A stretch of DNA of 64,000 bases from Macrostomum hystrix. Taxonomy: Eukaryota > Animalia > Platyhelminthes. Below are positions 48,501-57,225 of this stretch, in pieces. The notes beneath the pieces were generated by a model. That model worked only from the letters and a program-made list of their open reading frames with translations. It did not search any database and was not told the DNA's origin. The stretch's first letter is position 1. Each line of letters opens with the position of its first letter. Where the stretch lies: assembly GCA_950097015.1 (NCBI GenBank), contig CATNEN010000001.1, forward strand, positions 20,336,001-20,400,000, read 5' to 3'. The translations under genes and the position numbers were made by a program.

Positions 48501-51500
48501 TACTCTACCTCACAATAACCTACTTTACCTCACAATAACCTACTCTACTTCACAATAACCTACTCTACCTCTCTCTAACCTACTCTACAACTCTCTCTAG
48601 TCTACTCTACCGCTCTCTCTCTCTAACCTACTCTACAACTGTCTCTAATCTACTCTACCACTCTCTCTCTAACCTACTCTACCTTTTCTCTCTCTAACCT
48701 ATTCTACCTTCTCTCTAACCCACTCTAGCTACCGGTCTAACAGTTGGTTGGTCTGTCTTGCACTACCGCACTCACTTGTCGGTTGTCCAGGCGGCGGCTG
48801 CTGCTGCTGCTGCTTTTGCTGCGGCCGCAAGTGCTCACTGTCTATAAAGGCCACTGAGTAGGGACTTTCGTTTATGCTGCTGATGAACGAGTCACGGGCG
48901 CCAGCTTCAGAGCCGGGCGGCGGCGGCGGCGGCGGACCCGGTGGCGGTGGTGGAATCTTCAAAGTTTGTCGATCGCTGCGGGGCAGTGTGGCTAGCTGCT
49001 GCTGCTGCTGCTGCTGCTGGTGGTAAGGTCGTTGCTGATACATAGCATCGGATGCATCTGTTAATTGTACAGTTGGCGGGTTGTGGGCATTGAGTCTTGT
49101 CGTTTTTTTATTCTTAACTGAACAAAGAACAATGGACAAAGTAAGCTTAGGTGAGTACAGCATGCTCATTTTATAGGCCTGAGCTGATTCAGATTATCCG
49201 AATGGTTTGAGGATTAGGAACTGAAAAGTAAATAACTTCAAAAATGAGTTGATCGTTTCGTTATTTTGACATTGACTAGAAGGATAAGGAAATATTGGAG
49301 ACAGCCTGAGCAGAACTCAGTTTAATCCATTGGAGAGATTAGCAGTGTGGAATGTATTTCGACGCCATACAGATTAAGGTTGCTAGGCACGCAAGAAAAC
49401 AGGGATAATCGCAGTTAGGGGGCCTATAATAGTCGAAGCCATGTGTGCTTCTGTTGCTTGCGTGTGTGTTTTCTCTCTTTCTTTCTTCCCGATGCCCGGT
49501 GAAGCGGCGCAAAGGCAGGAAAATAGGATCACAAAGTGGCCAAGATTGCTTTGGAATCGTGACGGCACGCCAAGGGAATGATTCGCAAGGGTCATAAAAA
49601 CAAACTATATTGGCCTATTGTCTGTGTCCGCAATGCTATCGCCACATGCCTCTGTTGCTTCTGCAGCCCTGTCGGTTTTCTTCTATATTGCTATTTTATT
49701 ATATTTTTTTAAGCGGTAACAATTGTCTCATGACATTGCGAATCACCCCGTCTGGTCCGCATTGCTGTCATAACTGAAGCAACAATGTCTAATAATTCTC
49801 TATTCGGAAGATATTGAAAGGTATTTTTTTACTTATTTAAATTGCTTGTTTCAATGTTTTAATTCTAAGAAACGAGAATGGGGAGAAATGGGACAGGATA
49901 TAGAGGGGATGGAGGGAACAGAAGAAGAATGGAGAAGGGGAAGAATGGAGAAGGGGAAGAATGGAGAAGGGGAAGAATGGAGAAGGGGAAGAATGGAGAA
50001 GGGGAAGAATGGAGAAGGGGAAGAATGGAGAAGGGGAAGAATGGAGAAGGGGAAGAATGGAGAAGGGGAAGAATGGAGAAGGGGAAGAATGGAGAAGGGG
50101 AAGAATGGAGAAGGGGAAGAATGGAGAAGGGGAAGAATGGAGAAGGGGAAGACAAGAAGAAGGGAAGAGGAAAATATTTGCAATAGTGGGAAGGGAGGGG
50201 AAAGGGGAGAGGGTAGAGGGGAGATAGGAGAGTGAGAGGGTAGAGGGTAGTCGGAGTGGGTAGATAGGAGAGGGGACAGGGGAGAGAGAGAAGAGGAGAG
50301 AGGGAAGAAGGTAGAGGGGAGCAGTTTTTGTAAATAAAATGAAAAGTGAAGGACAAAAAAGAGGATAAGAGGAGATTTGGACAAACAGTGCAATAGATAA
50401 ATAAATAGATTTCATGATCATGCCAGAAAAATAAAGATCATTGAGGATTTCTAGGTCTGCACTAAGGGGACGAGTGGTCGAACGACCTCACAGGCTGCAA
50501 AAAATGTTTTTTCCAACTCGTTTGGCCGAGTTGCGGCGTTGGCAACAGACTAAACTCGGCATGTTGAATTGATTTACAAAGAAATCCTATGAGAATAACA
50601 CGCGAAAGCTACTTTGCAAAGCAAAGGTTGAAACATTCTGCGCAGCTGCACCTTCTGGGGCCGCCGATCAGTCCTGGAGACAAATTTTTTAAAGTTAAAT
50701 TTCAGTTTTCCCAAAGTCTCCCAAACTGCGAATAATGCGCTGTTTAAGACGCTGATCCTATAGCCAGTTTCAGCTGGGTGGGATTAAACAGCCTTATTGA
50801 TGCGCACGAAACAGTCTCACAAAACAATTTCGTAGAAAAAATTATTTTAACTTTCATTTTCTCCGAGGTCAGAAAGTCAGTTCTTCGAAGTCAAAAGCGA
50901 GCTTTAAATCCTCCCTGATTACTGGTAAGCACAATGGCCTAGCCGAAAAAAGACGCTGAAATCCCTAGAAAAGTCCAACTTATTCTATTATCCTAGATAC
51001 GTTTCTAATTAAAAAATCAATCCCTTATCTTCCCACTCCTCAATCTTCCCAATTCACCATCCTGAATCTTCCAAATCCCCAATCTTCCCAATCCTCAATC
51101 TTCCAGATCCCCAATCTTCCATATCCTCAATCTTCCCAATCCTCAATCTTCCCACTCCTCAATCTTCCCAATCTTCCCACTCCTCAATCTTCCCAATCTT
51201 CCCACTCCTCAATCTTCCCAATCTTCAATCTTCCCAATCCTCAATCTTCCCAATCTTCAATCTTCCCAATCCTCAATCTTCCCGATCTAAAATTTCACGA
51301 TCCCAAACAGTTACAAGACCCACGCGATCAAGTGTTTTCATTGCAACATTTTTACTCCAAGCCAGTGTATTTTGAGAACTTGGGTATGGAGTTTGCTGTA
51401 ACAGTTTAGCAAAAAACGCACAGGTTCGCTTCTATGACTAATAAGACGATAAGGAGGGTTTTGTCAGACGGGGGACAAAGACAGCATTCGCATGAGACTG

Positions 51501-52335
51501 TCTGAGCAGGTGGGTTCCACATTTGACAGTTTTATGACTATAAGCTGATAACAAAATTCAACTGTACAGAGTTAAGAGTGAATTATAGAATTGCAATTCA
51601 TTGCTAGAACCGACATTCAGATCTTAGAGGGCCTAAGAATGTGAGAAACCTGCAGTGACACAGACAGACACAGAGGCTGAAGTATTTTGATTAAATTACT
51701 GACAGGAAGTGCAACAAGCGTACTTTTTTTCGACTATATGCGTTCCGCTAATATCACCTTTGGCCAAACAGCTTAGTAATGAGTTGCAGGCTACACAATT
51801 CGAATGTAGAAATATTTCTCTAATGTTCCACTACTGCTTTAGTTAGCTAACGTATAAATTTCGCTTTATAATTATAGTTTTCTTAGAATACAAAAACTGA
51901 GGAAATAGTTCTGCACAGAGTTGAAGATAAAGCGAGGTGTAAAAAATCCGATTTCACCTGTCCTATTTAACAGACGCGCTCAAAAGCGTATCAGGGAGCT
52001 TAATAAGAACCAATAAAATGACAGGTTGGCGGGCCAGACTCACAGCCCGGATGCTGCTGCTGAAGACTGTGGTTATTGTTATTCCCAATTGTAGACGAAA
52101 TCCCAATATGGGAATCTGTTAGTTCCATTGGTTGGCCCCTGACACGAGAGGCTGTGTGCTGCTGCTGCTGTTGCTGTCTGTTCTTCTTGCGCCTGGCATT
52201 GCTGCTGGCACCATTGTAGGCGGCTGGTGATGCTGCCGCACCAACCACACCTCTGTACGAAGGCTGCGATATGAACGGCTGCTGCTGCTGCTGATAGTGG
52301 TATTCGTCCAGCTCAGCTACCGGACTGCCCTCCAT
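3389..52335 (-). CDS. TENM: Teneurin (Ten-m/Odz family) type II membrane protein; spliced CDS of 19 exons, about 2632 aa (whole-gene span)
   Basis: Exons joined at GT-AG sites have matching phases throughout (sum 7899 nt). Domain order is ICD-TM-8xEGF-Cys-rich-TTR/FN plug-NHL-YD-RHS core. Teneurin-like motifs include [56 protein letters not shown] and [12 protein letters not shown]. Confidence 0.95.
5897..6107 (-). CDS. TENM: Teneurin exon 18, YD repeats
   Basis: RNQLSEMRW...RQYDRAGRT...FEYSG, phase 2-0. Confidence 0.9.
6564..6784 (-). CDS. TENM: Teneurin exon 17 ([13 protein letters not shown]...VSYNSAGLP)
   Basis: Resembles teneurin VNGRNLLS.DFDR...YD..G.P. Phase 0-2. Absent from the ORF track. 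Confidence 0.9.
6830..7825. repeat. 17-bp minisatellite (GGACGTTGGATTCAGAA)n
   Basis: Visible periodicity. Confidence 0.95.
8676..8911 (-). CDS. TENM: Teneurin exon 16, YD shell
   Basis: cttccag acceptor and GTGAGT donor, phase 1-0. The spacing to the next conserved motif fits teneurins. Confidence 0.85.
8950..9750 (-). mobile_element. Second SINE copy, split by a 17-bp minisatellite
   Basis: Head fragment at 9707-9747 (gcaccaagatccctgagctcgaatccgcggcggggccac) and body at 8975-9072 match the 43.3-kb copy in reverse orientation. Confidence 0.7.
9082..9695. repeat. 17-bp minisatellite (GGACGTTGGATTCAGAA)n, second block
   Basis: Same unit as 6830-7825. Confidence 0.95.
11136..11505. repeat. 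21-bp minisatellite (TTACAGCTCCCTACACTGTAC)n drifting to a 22-bp variant
   Basis: Visible periodicity. Confidence 0.95.
12455..13110. repeat. About 14-bp degenerate repeat (CTCTCTTATCAACC)n
   Basis: Visible periodicity. Confidence 0.9.
13845..14395. repeat. 16-bp minisatellite (GAGAGRTGAGACACGG)n
   Basis: Visible periodicity. Confidence 0.95.
14642..16177 (-). CDS. TENM: Teneurin exon 15, NHL beta-propeller and start of YD shell
   Basis: [48 protein letters not shown] and FTYDASGRL motifs. Confidence 0.96.
16280..16420 (-). CDS. TENM: Teneurin exon 14 ([10 protein letters not shown]...[10 protein letters not shown])
   Basis: Conserved VSVGY.Y..C...W motif, ttgcag acceptor and GTAAGC donor. 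Confidence 0.92.
16528..16818. repeat. About 18-bp minisatellite (GAGATACCTGTTAGACAT)n
   Basis: Visible periodicity. Confidence 0.93.
16837..17582 (-). CDS. TENM: Teneurin exon 13, TTR/FN-plug region
   Basis: [17 protein letters not shown]...[12 protein letters not shown]...[15 protein letters not shown], phase 2-1. Confidence 0.95.
17605..18330. repeat. 22-bp minisatellite (GTTAGACATGTTCGAATAAGRT)n
   Basis: Visible periodicity. Confidence 0.93.
18780..20510. repeat. 15-bp minisatellite (TTCAGTTCCTGATCC)n, about 1.7 kb
   Basis: Visible periodicity with higher-order variant blocks. Confidence 0.97.
21275..22545. repeat. 24-bp/12-bp purine-rich minisatellite (GAGACGAAGGGAGAGACACAATAA)n
   Basis: Visible periodicity. 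Confidence 0.97.
22863..23070 (-). CDS. TENM: Teneurin exon 12, Cys-rich domain
   Basis: [17 protein letters not shown]...[16 protein letters not shown], phase 1-2. Confidence 0.95.
23382..23546 (-). CDS. TENM: Teneurin exon 11, EGF8 and start of Cys-rich domain
   Basis: [13 protein letters not shown]...WQCVC...[22 protein letters not shown]. Confidence 0.95.
23575..23935. repeat. 12-bp repeat (GGAACTGGAACA)n
   Basis: Visible periodicity. Confidence 0.97.
24380..24715. repeat. 22-bp minisatellite (GGTCGTTACTAAGTGGTTGCTA)n
   Basis: Visible periodicity. Confidence 0.93.
24808..24996 (-). CDS. TENM: Teneurin exon 10, EGF6-7
   Basis: [63 protein letters not shown], phase 1-1. Confidence 0.93.
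25058..25215. repeat. 36-bp tandem repeat spanning the exon 9 splice donor
   Basis: Four units, each containing AAACAG|GTGAG on the minus strand. Confidence 0.95.
25197..25418 (-). CDS. TENM: Teneurin exon 9, EGF4-5
   Basis: [14 protein letters not shown]...[28 protein letters not shown]5 has Phe in place of the third Cys. Confidence 0.93.
26163..27395. repeat. (CTGTCTGTCTCT)n compound microsatellite
   Basis: Visible. Confidence 0.97.
28650..28844 (-). CDS. TENM: Teneurin exon 8, EGF2-3
   Basis: [27 protein letters not shown]...[12 protein letters not shown]...; the third Cys of EGF2 is absent, a teneurin hallmark. Confidence 0.95.
28950..29288. repeat. About 22-bp minisatellite (CCCTGAGCACATCTTGAGTTGG)n
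   Basis: Visible periodicity. Confidence 0.93.
29382..29492 (-). CDS. TENM: Teneurin exon 7, EGF1
   Basis: [30 protein letters not shown], with canonical splice sites. Confidence 0.92.
29539..29998. repeat. 31-bp minisatellite (GTAGTTTGGAGTCTAACCTGAATACCTGGGG)n
   Basis: About 15 near-perfect units. Confidence 0.97.
30079..30190 (-). CDS. TENM: Teneurin exon 6 ([23 protein letters not shown]...)
   Basis: Resembles teneurin YLDPG.W.LAFYND. ctgtag acceptor and GTGAGT donor, phase 0-1. Confidence 0.9.
30442..30534 (-). CDS. Possible frame-preserving cassette exon ([31 protein letters not shown])
   Basis: Pyrimidine-rich ttcaag acceptor, 93 nt, phase 0-0. The GTCAGC donor is weak. Confidence 0.35.
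30540..30997. repeat. 23-bp purine-rich minisatellite (GAGATGAAGGGAGACAGACAGGA)n
   Basis: Visible periodicity. Confidence 0.93.
31625..32306. repeat. 19-bp minisatellite (GGTCATTCAGTTAGAATYG)n
   Basis: Visible periodicity. Confidence 0.97.
32385..32683 (-). CDS. TENM: Teneurin exon 5 (juxtamembrane extracellular domain)
   Basis: LPGHGFWSA...[22 protein letters not shown] resembles teneurin PPG.FW...GVYGRR..PP.HTQYDF. Phase 1-0. Confidence 0.9.
32830..33312. repeat. 16-bp minisatellite (GGGTCATGRGTTTGTC)n
   Basis: Visible periodicity. Confidence 0.95.
33713..33780 (-). CDS. Candidate alternative terminal exon of teneurin after the TM exon ([22 protein letters not shown])
   Basis: Strong acceptor ctgattcttcctacag read in phase 1, TGA at 33713-33715, and AATAAA at 33600-33605. 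Confidence 0.35.
34148..35105. repeat. (AAGGGAG)n with interspersed GGTATATG
   Basis: Visible. Confidence 0.97.
35830..36165. repeat. About 32-bp G-rich minisatellite (CCCACTGGTTATCTCGGGGAGGGGGCATGACA)n
   Basis: Visible periodicity. Confidence 0.95.
36952..37680. repeat. About 24-bp minisatellite (TCTTGTCACTCCATTCTCTATTCTA)n
   Basis: Visible periodicity. Confidence 0.92.
38382..38626 (-). CDS. TENM: Teneurin exon 4 with transmembrane helix ([21 protein letters not shown])
   Basis: A basic stretch (RRRHKR) precedes a hydrophobic helix, indicating type II topology. tttcag acceptor and GTAAGT donor. Confidence 0.9.
38690..39108. repeat. About 34-bp minisatellite (GCAGCACCCACCACCACAAAGATTGTCTAGGGCC)n
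   Basis: Visible periodicity. Confidence 0.95.
39708..40010. repeat. 21-bp minisatellite (YGTCACTCTAATCTCACACTC)n
   Basis: Visible periodicity. Confidence 0.95.
40665..41425. repeat. 11-bp repeat (CTGAATCCCAT)n
   Basis: Visible periodicity. Confidence 0.96.
42180..42442. repeat. (TATC)n microsatellite abutting the exon 3 donor
   Basis: Visible. Confidence 0.97.
42450..42567 (-). CDS. TENM: Teneurin exon 3 ([12 protein letters not shown]...LMRNPAG)
   Basis: ttccag acceptor and GTAAGT donor. Its 118 nt convert phase 1 to phase 2, exactly what is needed to join exons 2 and 4. This frame is absent from the ORF track. Confidence 0.8.
43333..43690 (+). mobile_element. tRNA-derived SINE
   Basis: tRNA-like head with A box (TGGCAGTGCGG) and B box (GAGTTCGATTCC, 43386-43397). 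Head and body are homologous to the second copy at 8950-9750. Confidence 0.75.
44343..44775. repeat. 14-bp repeat (CCCTAAATCTCYCT)n
   Basis: Visible periodicity. Confidence 0.93.
45694..46000. repeat. 18-bp repeat (TTTGTTTAAATCTTCTAG)n
   Basis: Visible periodicity. Confidence 0.9.
46690..47083. repeat. Pyrimidine repeat (TTCCCATCTTCCCCTCT)n
   Basis: Visible. Confidence 0.92.
48103..48725. repeat. 20-bp minisatellite (CACAATAACCTACTCTACCT)n
   Basis: Visible periodicity. Confidence 0.94.
48776..49057 (-). CDS. TENM: Teneurin exon 2 (intracellular, polyQ and [14 protein letters not shown])
   Basis: taacag acceptor and GTGAGT donor, phase 1-1. Proline-rich motifs are typical of teneurin intracellular domains. 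Confidence 0.8.
49924..50152. repeat. 16-bp purine repeat (GAAGAATGGAGAAGGG)n
   Basis: Visible periodicity. Confidence 0.95.
51028..51288. repeat. (AATCTTCCCAATCCTC)n repeat
   Basis: Visible. Confidence 0.9.
52044..52335 (-). CDS. TENM: Teneurin coding exon 1 (intracellular, polyQ, RRKKNR basic patch)
   Basis: ATG at 52335 follows a ctttag acceptor (52357-52358). GTGAGT donor at 52043, phase 1, matches the next exon (T|AT). Confidence 0.7.
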
Positions 52336-52529
52336 GCTAGCTGGTGTCTTCACTTGCTAAAGAACAGAATTCTACACTAATTAAATGACACTAGTTACAG
52401 CACATGAGCAGTTTCAATTCTGCTTGTAGAAGCTGCTTTACTGTGCTAAAAAATGTGCGTGAATTTAAAGCTTTCTGCAGAACTCAGTGTGGGGACAAGC
52501 TGCGGTTGGGCCAGTTATTAAGAATGCCA

Positions 52530-52580
52530 GGCCAATCAAGCTCTCATTGGCTTGGCAGCAGGGCGACTTGCCATTGGACA
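52530..52580 (-). promoter_or_regulatory. Cluster of three CCAAT boxes, likely the teneurin promoter
   Basis: CCAAT at 52532-52536 and ATTGG at 52546-52550 and 52573-52577, about 200 bp upstream of the ATG. A candidate 42-nt 5' UTR intron lies at 52357-52398 (GTAACT...TTTAG). Confidence 0.5.
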
Positions 52581-52689
52581 AGGACGAGGCTATTTTTTTC
52601 GGAGATAAAACTCCAACATATTTCAGTTTTCTATTGAACTTGAAATTAAATGTTTACTGAAATTTCTATTTTAGTCAGTTGTCATTCAG

Positions 52690-54440
52690 CTAGAGAGTTA
52701 GTCGCAGCCTGACGTTCTTGACTGAGCTGCAGGGTGCGCCCGACCGGCGGATGCGGCGAGGAGGCGGAGAAACCGCACATTTCGCTTGCCCTTGGCGACG
52801 AACGAGGCAGTGCCCCCCAGCGGATCCTGCTATCTCGTCCGCAGCAGGATCCTCCTCACTGCAGCCTACTCAAATAAACAGTCTCAGCCTACTCAAATAA
52901 ACAGTCTCAACCTACTCAAATAAACAGTCTCAGCCTACTCAAATAAACAGTCTCAACCTACTCAAATAAACAGTCTCAGCCTACTCAAATAAACAGTCTC
53001 AGCCTACTCAAATAAACAGTCTCAGCCTACTCAAATAAACAGTCTCAGCCTACTCAAATAAACAGTCTCAGCCTACTCAAATAAACAGTCTCAGCCTACT
53101 CAAATAAACAGTCTCAACCTACTCAAATAAACAGTCTCAGCCTACTCAAATAAACAGTCTCAGCCTACTCAAATAAACAGTCTCAGCCTACTCAAATAAA
53201 CAGTCTCAACCTACTCAAATAAACAGTTTTAACCTACTCAAATTAACAGTCTCAACCTACTCAAATAAACAGTCTCAGCCTACTCAAATAAACAGTCTCA
53301 GCCTACTCAAATAAACAGTCTCAACCTACTCAAATAAACAGTTTTAACCTACTCAAATTAACAGTCTCAACCTACTCAAATAAACAGTCTCAGCCTACTC
53401 AAATAAACAGTCTCAACCTGCTAAAATAAACAGTCATCCCTGATCCCAAACAATTTCATCCCTGATTCCAAACAATGTGATCGCGGATCCCAAACTATGT
53501 CATATCTGATCCCAAAAACTGTCATCCCTGATCCCTGCCACTGTAATCTCTGATCCCAAAGAATGTGATCCCTAATCCCCTACACTGTCCGTGAGGCCGG
53601 CATCCTCTTGGTGACTCTCCAGCCGACGGTCATACGCTCTGATGACATAGTTTGACTATACTTCTATATATACAGATAAACACGATGCGGATGTAACGCT
53701 AACGAGTAACTTCTGAGCTCATGTGTTTAAAGGGTTCAGTGTATCCAATGGAAGTACAGAATTGGAAAGAATTGACAACTTTGGTGTTGTACATGACGCG
53801 AATTGTCGAACTGTTGCTGTACTGTTGCTAACGCAGAATATAAAAAATTATATATATTTGTGCCGTTGAGGTTTCTGAGTGGATTTTGTGACACGTTAAT
53901 CGATTGACTAGCAATTTCAGTTACACATTTAAAGTCACACGGGAGGATCGAGTTAGAGGTTTATACGCAGGTGCTAATCACAGAGGAATGGAGGTAAAAC
54001 CACTGAGTATTTGAAAGCTATTGAAACAGATGTTGAGGCTGAATATGCAGATTATTTGTGTAGGTAGTAACCCAAAATATGTTATAATTACTATGAGAGA
54101 TGCCAGCATGAGATTATACACATGGAGCTGTTAGATCAATAAAACATCTGAGTCTAAAGTATCCGACTCAATTTCTCTTGTTTGGTGCGGATGCTCACAG
54201 ACAACAGGCCCACTGATTTGCCCTGTTGCTGCGCTTGCCGCCCAACTGCGCGAGAAACAATTTTTCGAGCCTCCTTAACCGCGGCATCTCCAAGCACAGT
54301 TTCTCGGGCCACAGTCTGCACAGAGGAGGATCCAGCGCTGCCTTCCAGAGCGGCCTCTCCGTGGACGGCATCCACTGCCTCGCTGACTGGCGGTCTGACT
54401 CGAGACTTTTGATCGTTACAAATTCAGGATGAGGATTCAA
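52690..54440 (-). CDS. Possible small spliced gene upstream of teneurin; exons at about 54199-54440, 53585-53638 and 52690-52865; product unknown
   Basis: Three GC-rich islands with plausible AG/GT borders can be joined (...AYDRRLESHQEDAGLTDSCSEEDPAADEIAG...). The frame of the first exon is ambiguous. Confidence 0.35.
52862..53435. repeat. 23-bp minisatellite (CAGCCTACTCAAATAAACAGTCT)n
   Basis: About 25 near-perfect units. Confidence 0.97.
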
Positions 54441-54461
54441 GATCTATTCGAGGACCACTTC

Positions 54462-54546
54462 CACTCGAGCAGTGCAGCTCTCGAGGTTGATCCAGCGAGC
54501 GAACCGCAGTGGACGACACGAGAAAATTTTGTACCGGCGTCTGTAC
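54462..54546. repeat. 85-bp inverted repeat, left copy (partner 61696-61780)
   Basis: Reverse complement of 61696-61780 with 2 mismatches. Confidence 0.9.
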
Positions 54547-55490
54547 GGCGTTTGGTAGCGTCACTGCTACCAAAGCTAGGAGTTAATCGCTCGTTACGCT
54601 ACTCACGGCAGTAGGCTGTTTTGCACCGCGTTTCCTGATTCTGGGTAAATCTATTTCTCCCTAGCTGTCAACCAGATCGTCTCATTGCCGGGTTCGACAA
54701 TCGCTTAGGGGGACGAGTGAAACTGGCTAGCTTGAGGCCAAAAGGACGACTTCTTTTCGTTCACTGACTCTCATTCCCTTCTCTTTTGCCTTCTTCTTCC
54801 TCGGAGCTTGCTTCCCCTTGCACCTATCCCTCATCCTCTTCCCCATTCGTTTCCTTTTCGCCATAATTTTCCCATTTATCCACCTTTGTCCGCACTGGTG
54901 AGCCTAGGTCACACACCCACCCAGTCAAATTCTTAGTGTTGTAGTCTCGCGGGTAAGTTTAGTCGGTAGACTGCGTCTTATACTCAGTCGCTTCCAAAAC
55001 TTCTATTTTCTAAACAGCACTCACTTCTATTTTCTCGAAGGTGTCATTGGAAAAAAGATATGTAGCACATATAAAACTCCCTGAAACATATGGAAACGAT
55101 AAAAGCGGCTAAACGCAATGTATTTCTGTAGCACAACACAAACTAGAGCCTAAAAAATGCTGAGAACTCAACAGATGGTCACCAATTAACTAGCGATAGA
55201 CTGAAGTCTCATTTGGATTAAAGAGCCAGCCTGTAGAATTCACAAATTAAAAATAAAGGGTGACGCTCGCATGTTTCTAAGGGCTACGCTACTGATCTGA
55301 CTACTAGGTTGCTTGTCGGACAGACAGCTGACAGCTCTGCTATGTTGGTTAGCAAAAGCCACAAGATTGACATGAGAAAATTCCATAAACCCAACCTGCT
55401 GAGGCCCCACCAGTTCCGCAGACAACAAAGCGCACTTCTTGATTATATCAAAAGTTTGCTTTTCGGCCAAAACGAATCCAAGAGCTGCAA

Positions 55491-56010
55491 ATGCAGTACA
55501 ATCTTCTATTCACTTGCCTCTTGGCAGTCACTGCAGCTCTGCTGCTCTCCACTGCCTCTGCTCAGTGTCCGCAACAAAACTGGACTCAACGAGCTCAGTC
55601 GTGCTACAAGTGGTTCAGCCGGCCGCAGTACTGGTTCGAGGATTTCACTTTTCGAAGAGCAGTCAAGCGTTTGTCAAACTTATATCGGTACGTAAGTTTG
55701 AAGGCCTATATATCATCCGGGCATTCACGTCGCAATTTATTGATGTGCTGTCCGCGATGAGGTTTGATAAGAACGCTTTTTGTCGTTAAAAAATCCAGTG
55801 AGATAGAAATTGGCCAGCCAGATTTCATGGCGTGGCAAAGAACATCCGACGCTTTCAATCTCAGCTTCTTCAAGTTCCGTCCAGCGCGAAATTTCACATT
55901 TATGACGCCAGACAATCATACTCCATGGACTGACGTTGCTAGTAGATTTTACATTCATTTTATTTCCTTGTTATTTGCTTTTGTTTGAGAATTGCAGACA
56001 CGAATTACCT
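55491..56010 (+). pseudogene. Internally deleted duplicate of the lectin locus (57241-57376 fused to 59696-60067), creating an 89-aa chimeric ORF at 55491-55760
   Basis: 55506-55641 is near-identical to 57241-57376, and 55639-56010 is near-identical to 59696-60067. The junction has AGG microhomology. Confidence 0.9.
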
Positions 56011-56069
56011 TAGTTTTATCAGCGAAGTTCTTAAGAAAAAGCGCAGGTACTTTCAAAATAGAAAGAAAA

Positions 56070-56680
56070 TTCAGCGCTCGTCGATTGCGGCGCGGCGCGG
56101 CGGCGCCGAGATAGACGGGGGGCCAACGCCCCATGCTTCGAAGGAGCGAAAGTGCCATGCCCGGCTCGGTGAGGAGGCGGTCAACGTCTGTGCCAACCGC
56201 ACTGCAGTCCTGGCAGTTCGGTGAAAGCGATAAGCCGAATCGATGGCGGACCTCTGCGGCCAACATAGAGGCGAGAGGCGCGGTTCAGCGCGGTTCCTGG
56301 CGCTGAAGGCCGGTCAAGCCGGTGGGAGTGCTCCATCATCCCGTCGCGGCGGTCCCGCAGCCTTGGCAGCACTAAACGAGATCGTGGCTTCGGTCTGCGG
56401 GAGCCGGGGGACGTTACTGCAGCTCCTTTGATGCGGAAATGCGAGCAATTCAAGCTGCTCTAACCTTTATCAGCGAACAGGTCGCCCCGGGCGCGTCCCG
56501 CATCGGCCTGTGTAGCGATTCTCTATCCTCGCTGATGACCTCGCAGGCGGGCCCCCTCGGGCTCCTTATCGAGCTGAACAGACATCACAACCACATCGAC
56601 CTGACCTGGGTCCATGCCCACTGCGGCGTCCCATAAAATGAAGGCGCGGAGAGAGCCGCCAACACACGGCAAGTACAGCT
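56070..56680 (+). mobile_element. Degraded RNase H domain of a non-LTR retrotransposon
   Basis: CSSFDAEMRAIQAAL...IGLCSDSLSSL...LTWVHAHCGVP*NEGAERAA matches RNase HI motifs (AE..AI..AL, SDS, W+.AH.G..GNE.AD), with a stop and an upstream frameshift. Confidence 0.8.
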
Positions 56681-57225
56681 TGTACTACTGCTTGTAAGTG
56701 AGAAATTCTATTCTGTGAAATCTACCTCGTAGAAAAAGGGGAAGTTTAATAACAATGCATAAAATTCTTTGCCAAGCGTGTAACAAAAGGAATGTGCTAA
56801 AAGAAGCATATTCCGTAATAAAAACATGAGACGCCTGGAATGGAATTTCGCGATAAGACTCATAATTTACGCGTTTTTCCCGATAAGTCAGGACTAATCG
56901 TAAAATTTCACACCTGGCCATTTTTCGTGCTCCTGGGACCATTACTACACAAGTAAAGAAAAATCTGAATCCGCATTTATATTTCAAAAAACAGTTCTCG
57001 ACATTGCCTTCTACCCTCTCGGCACGACACGGCACATTAGAAGCCCCACTTTGTCTCACTTAAGCAGTAAACCTGTCATGAACATAGGAACGATGCGAGT
57101 AATATGAATGCCATTTCTAAATGATTAACTAATGCCACCTGCTGAGTTGCCAGAGCATTCATTTACTTATATTTGAATCCATAAACAAGAAGATCAACAG
57201 GAGCCACTTCAATACAGAACTCAAA

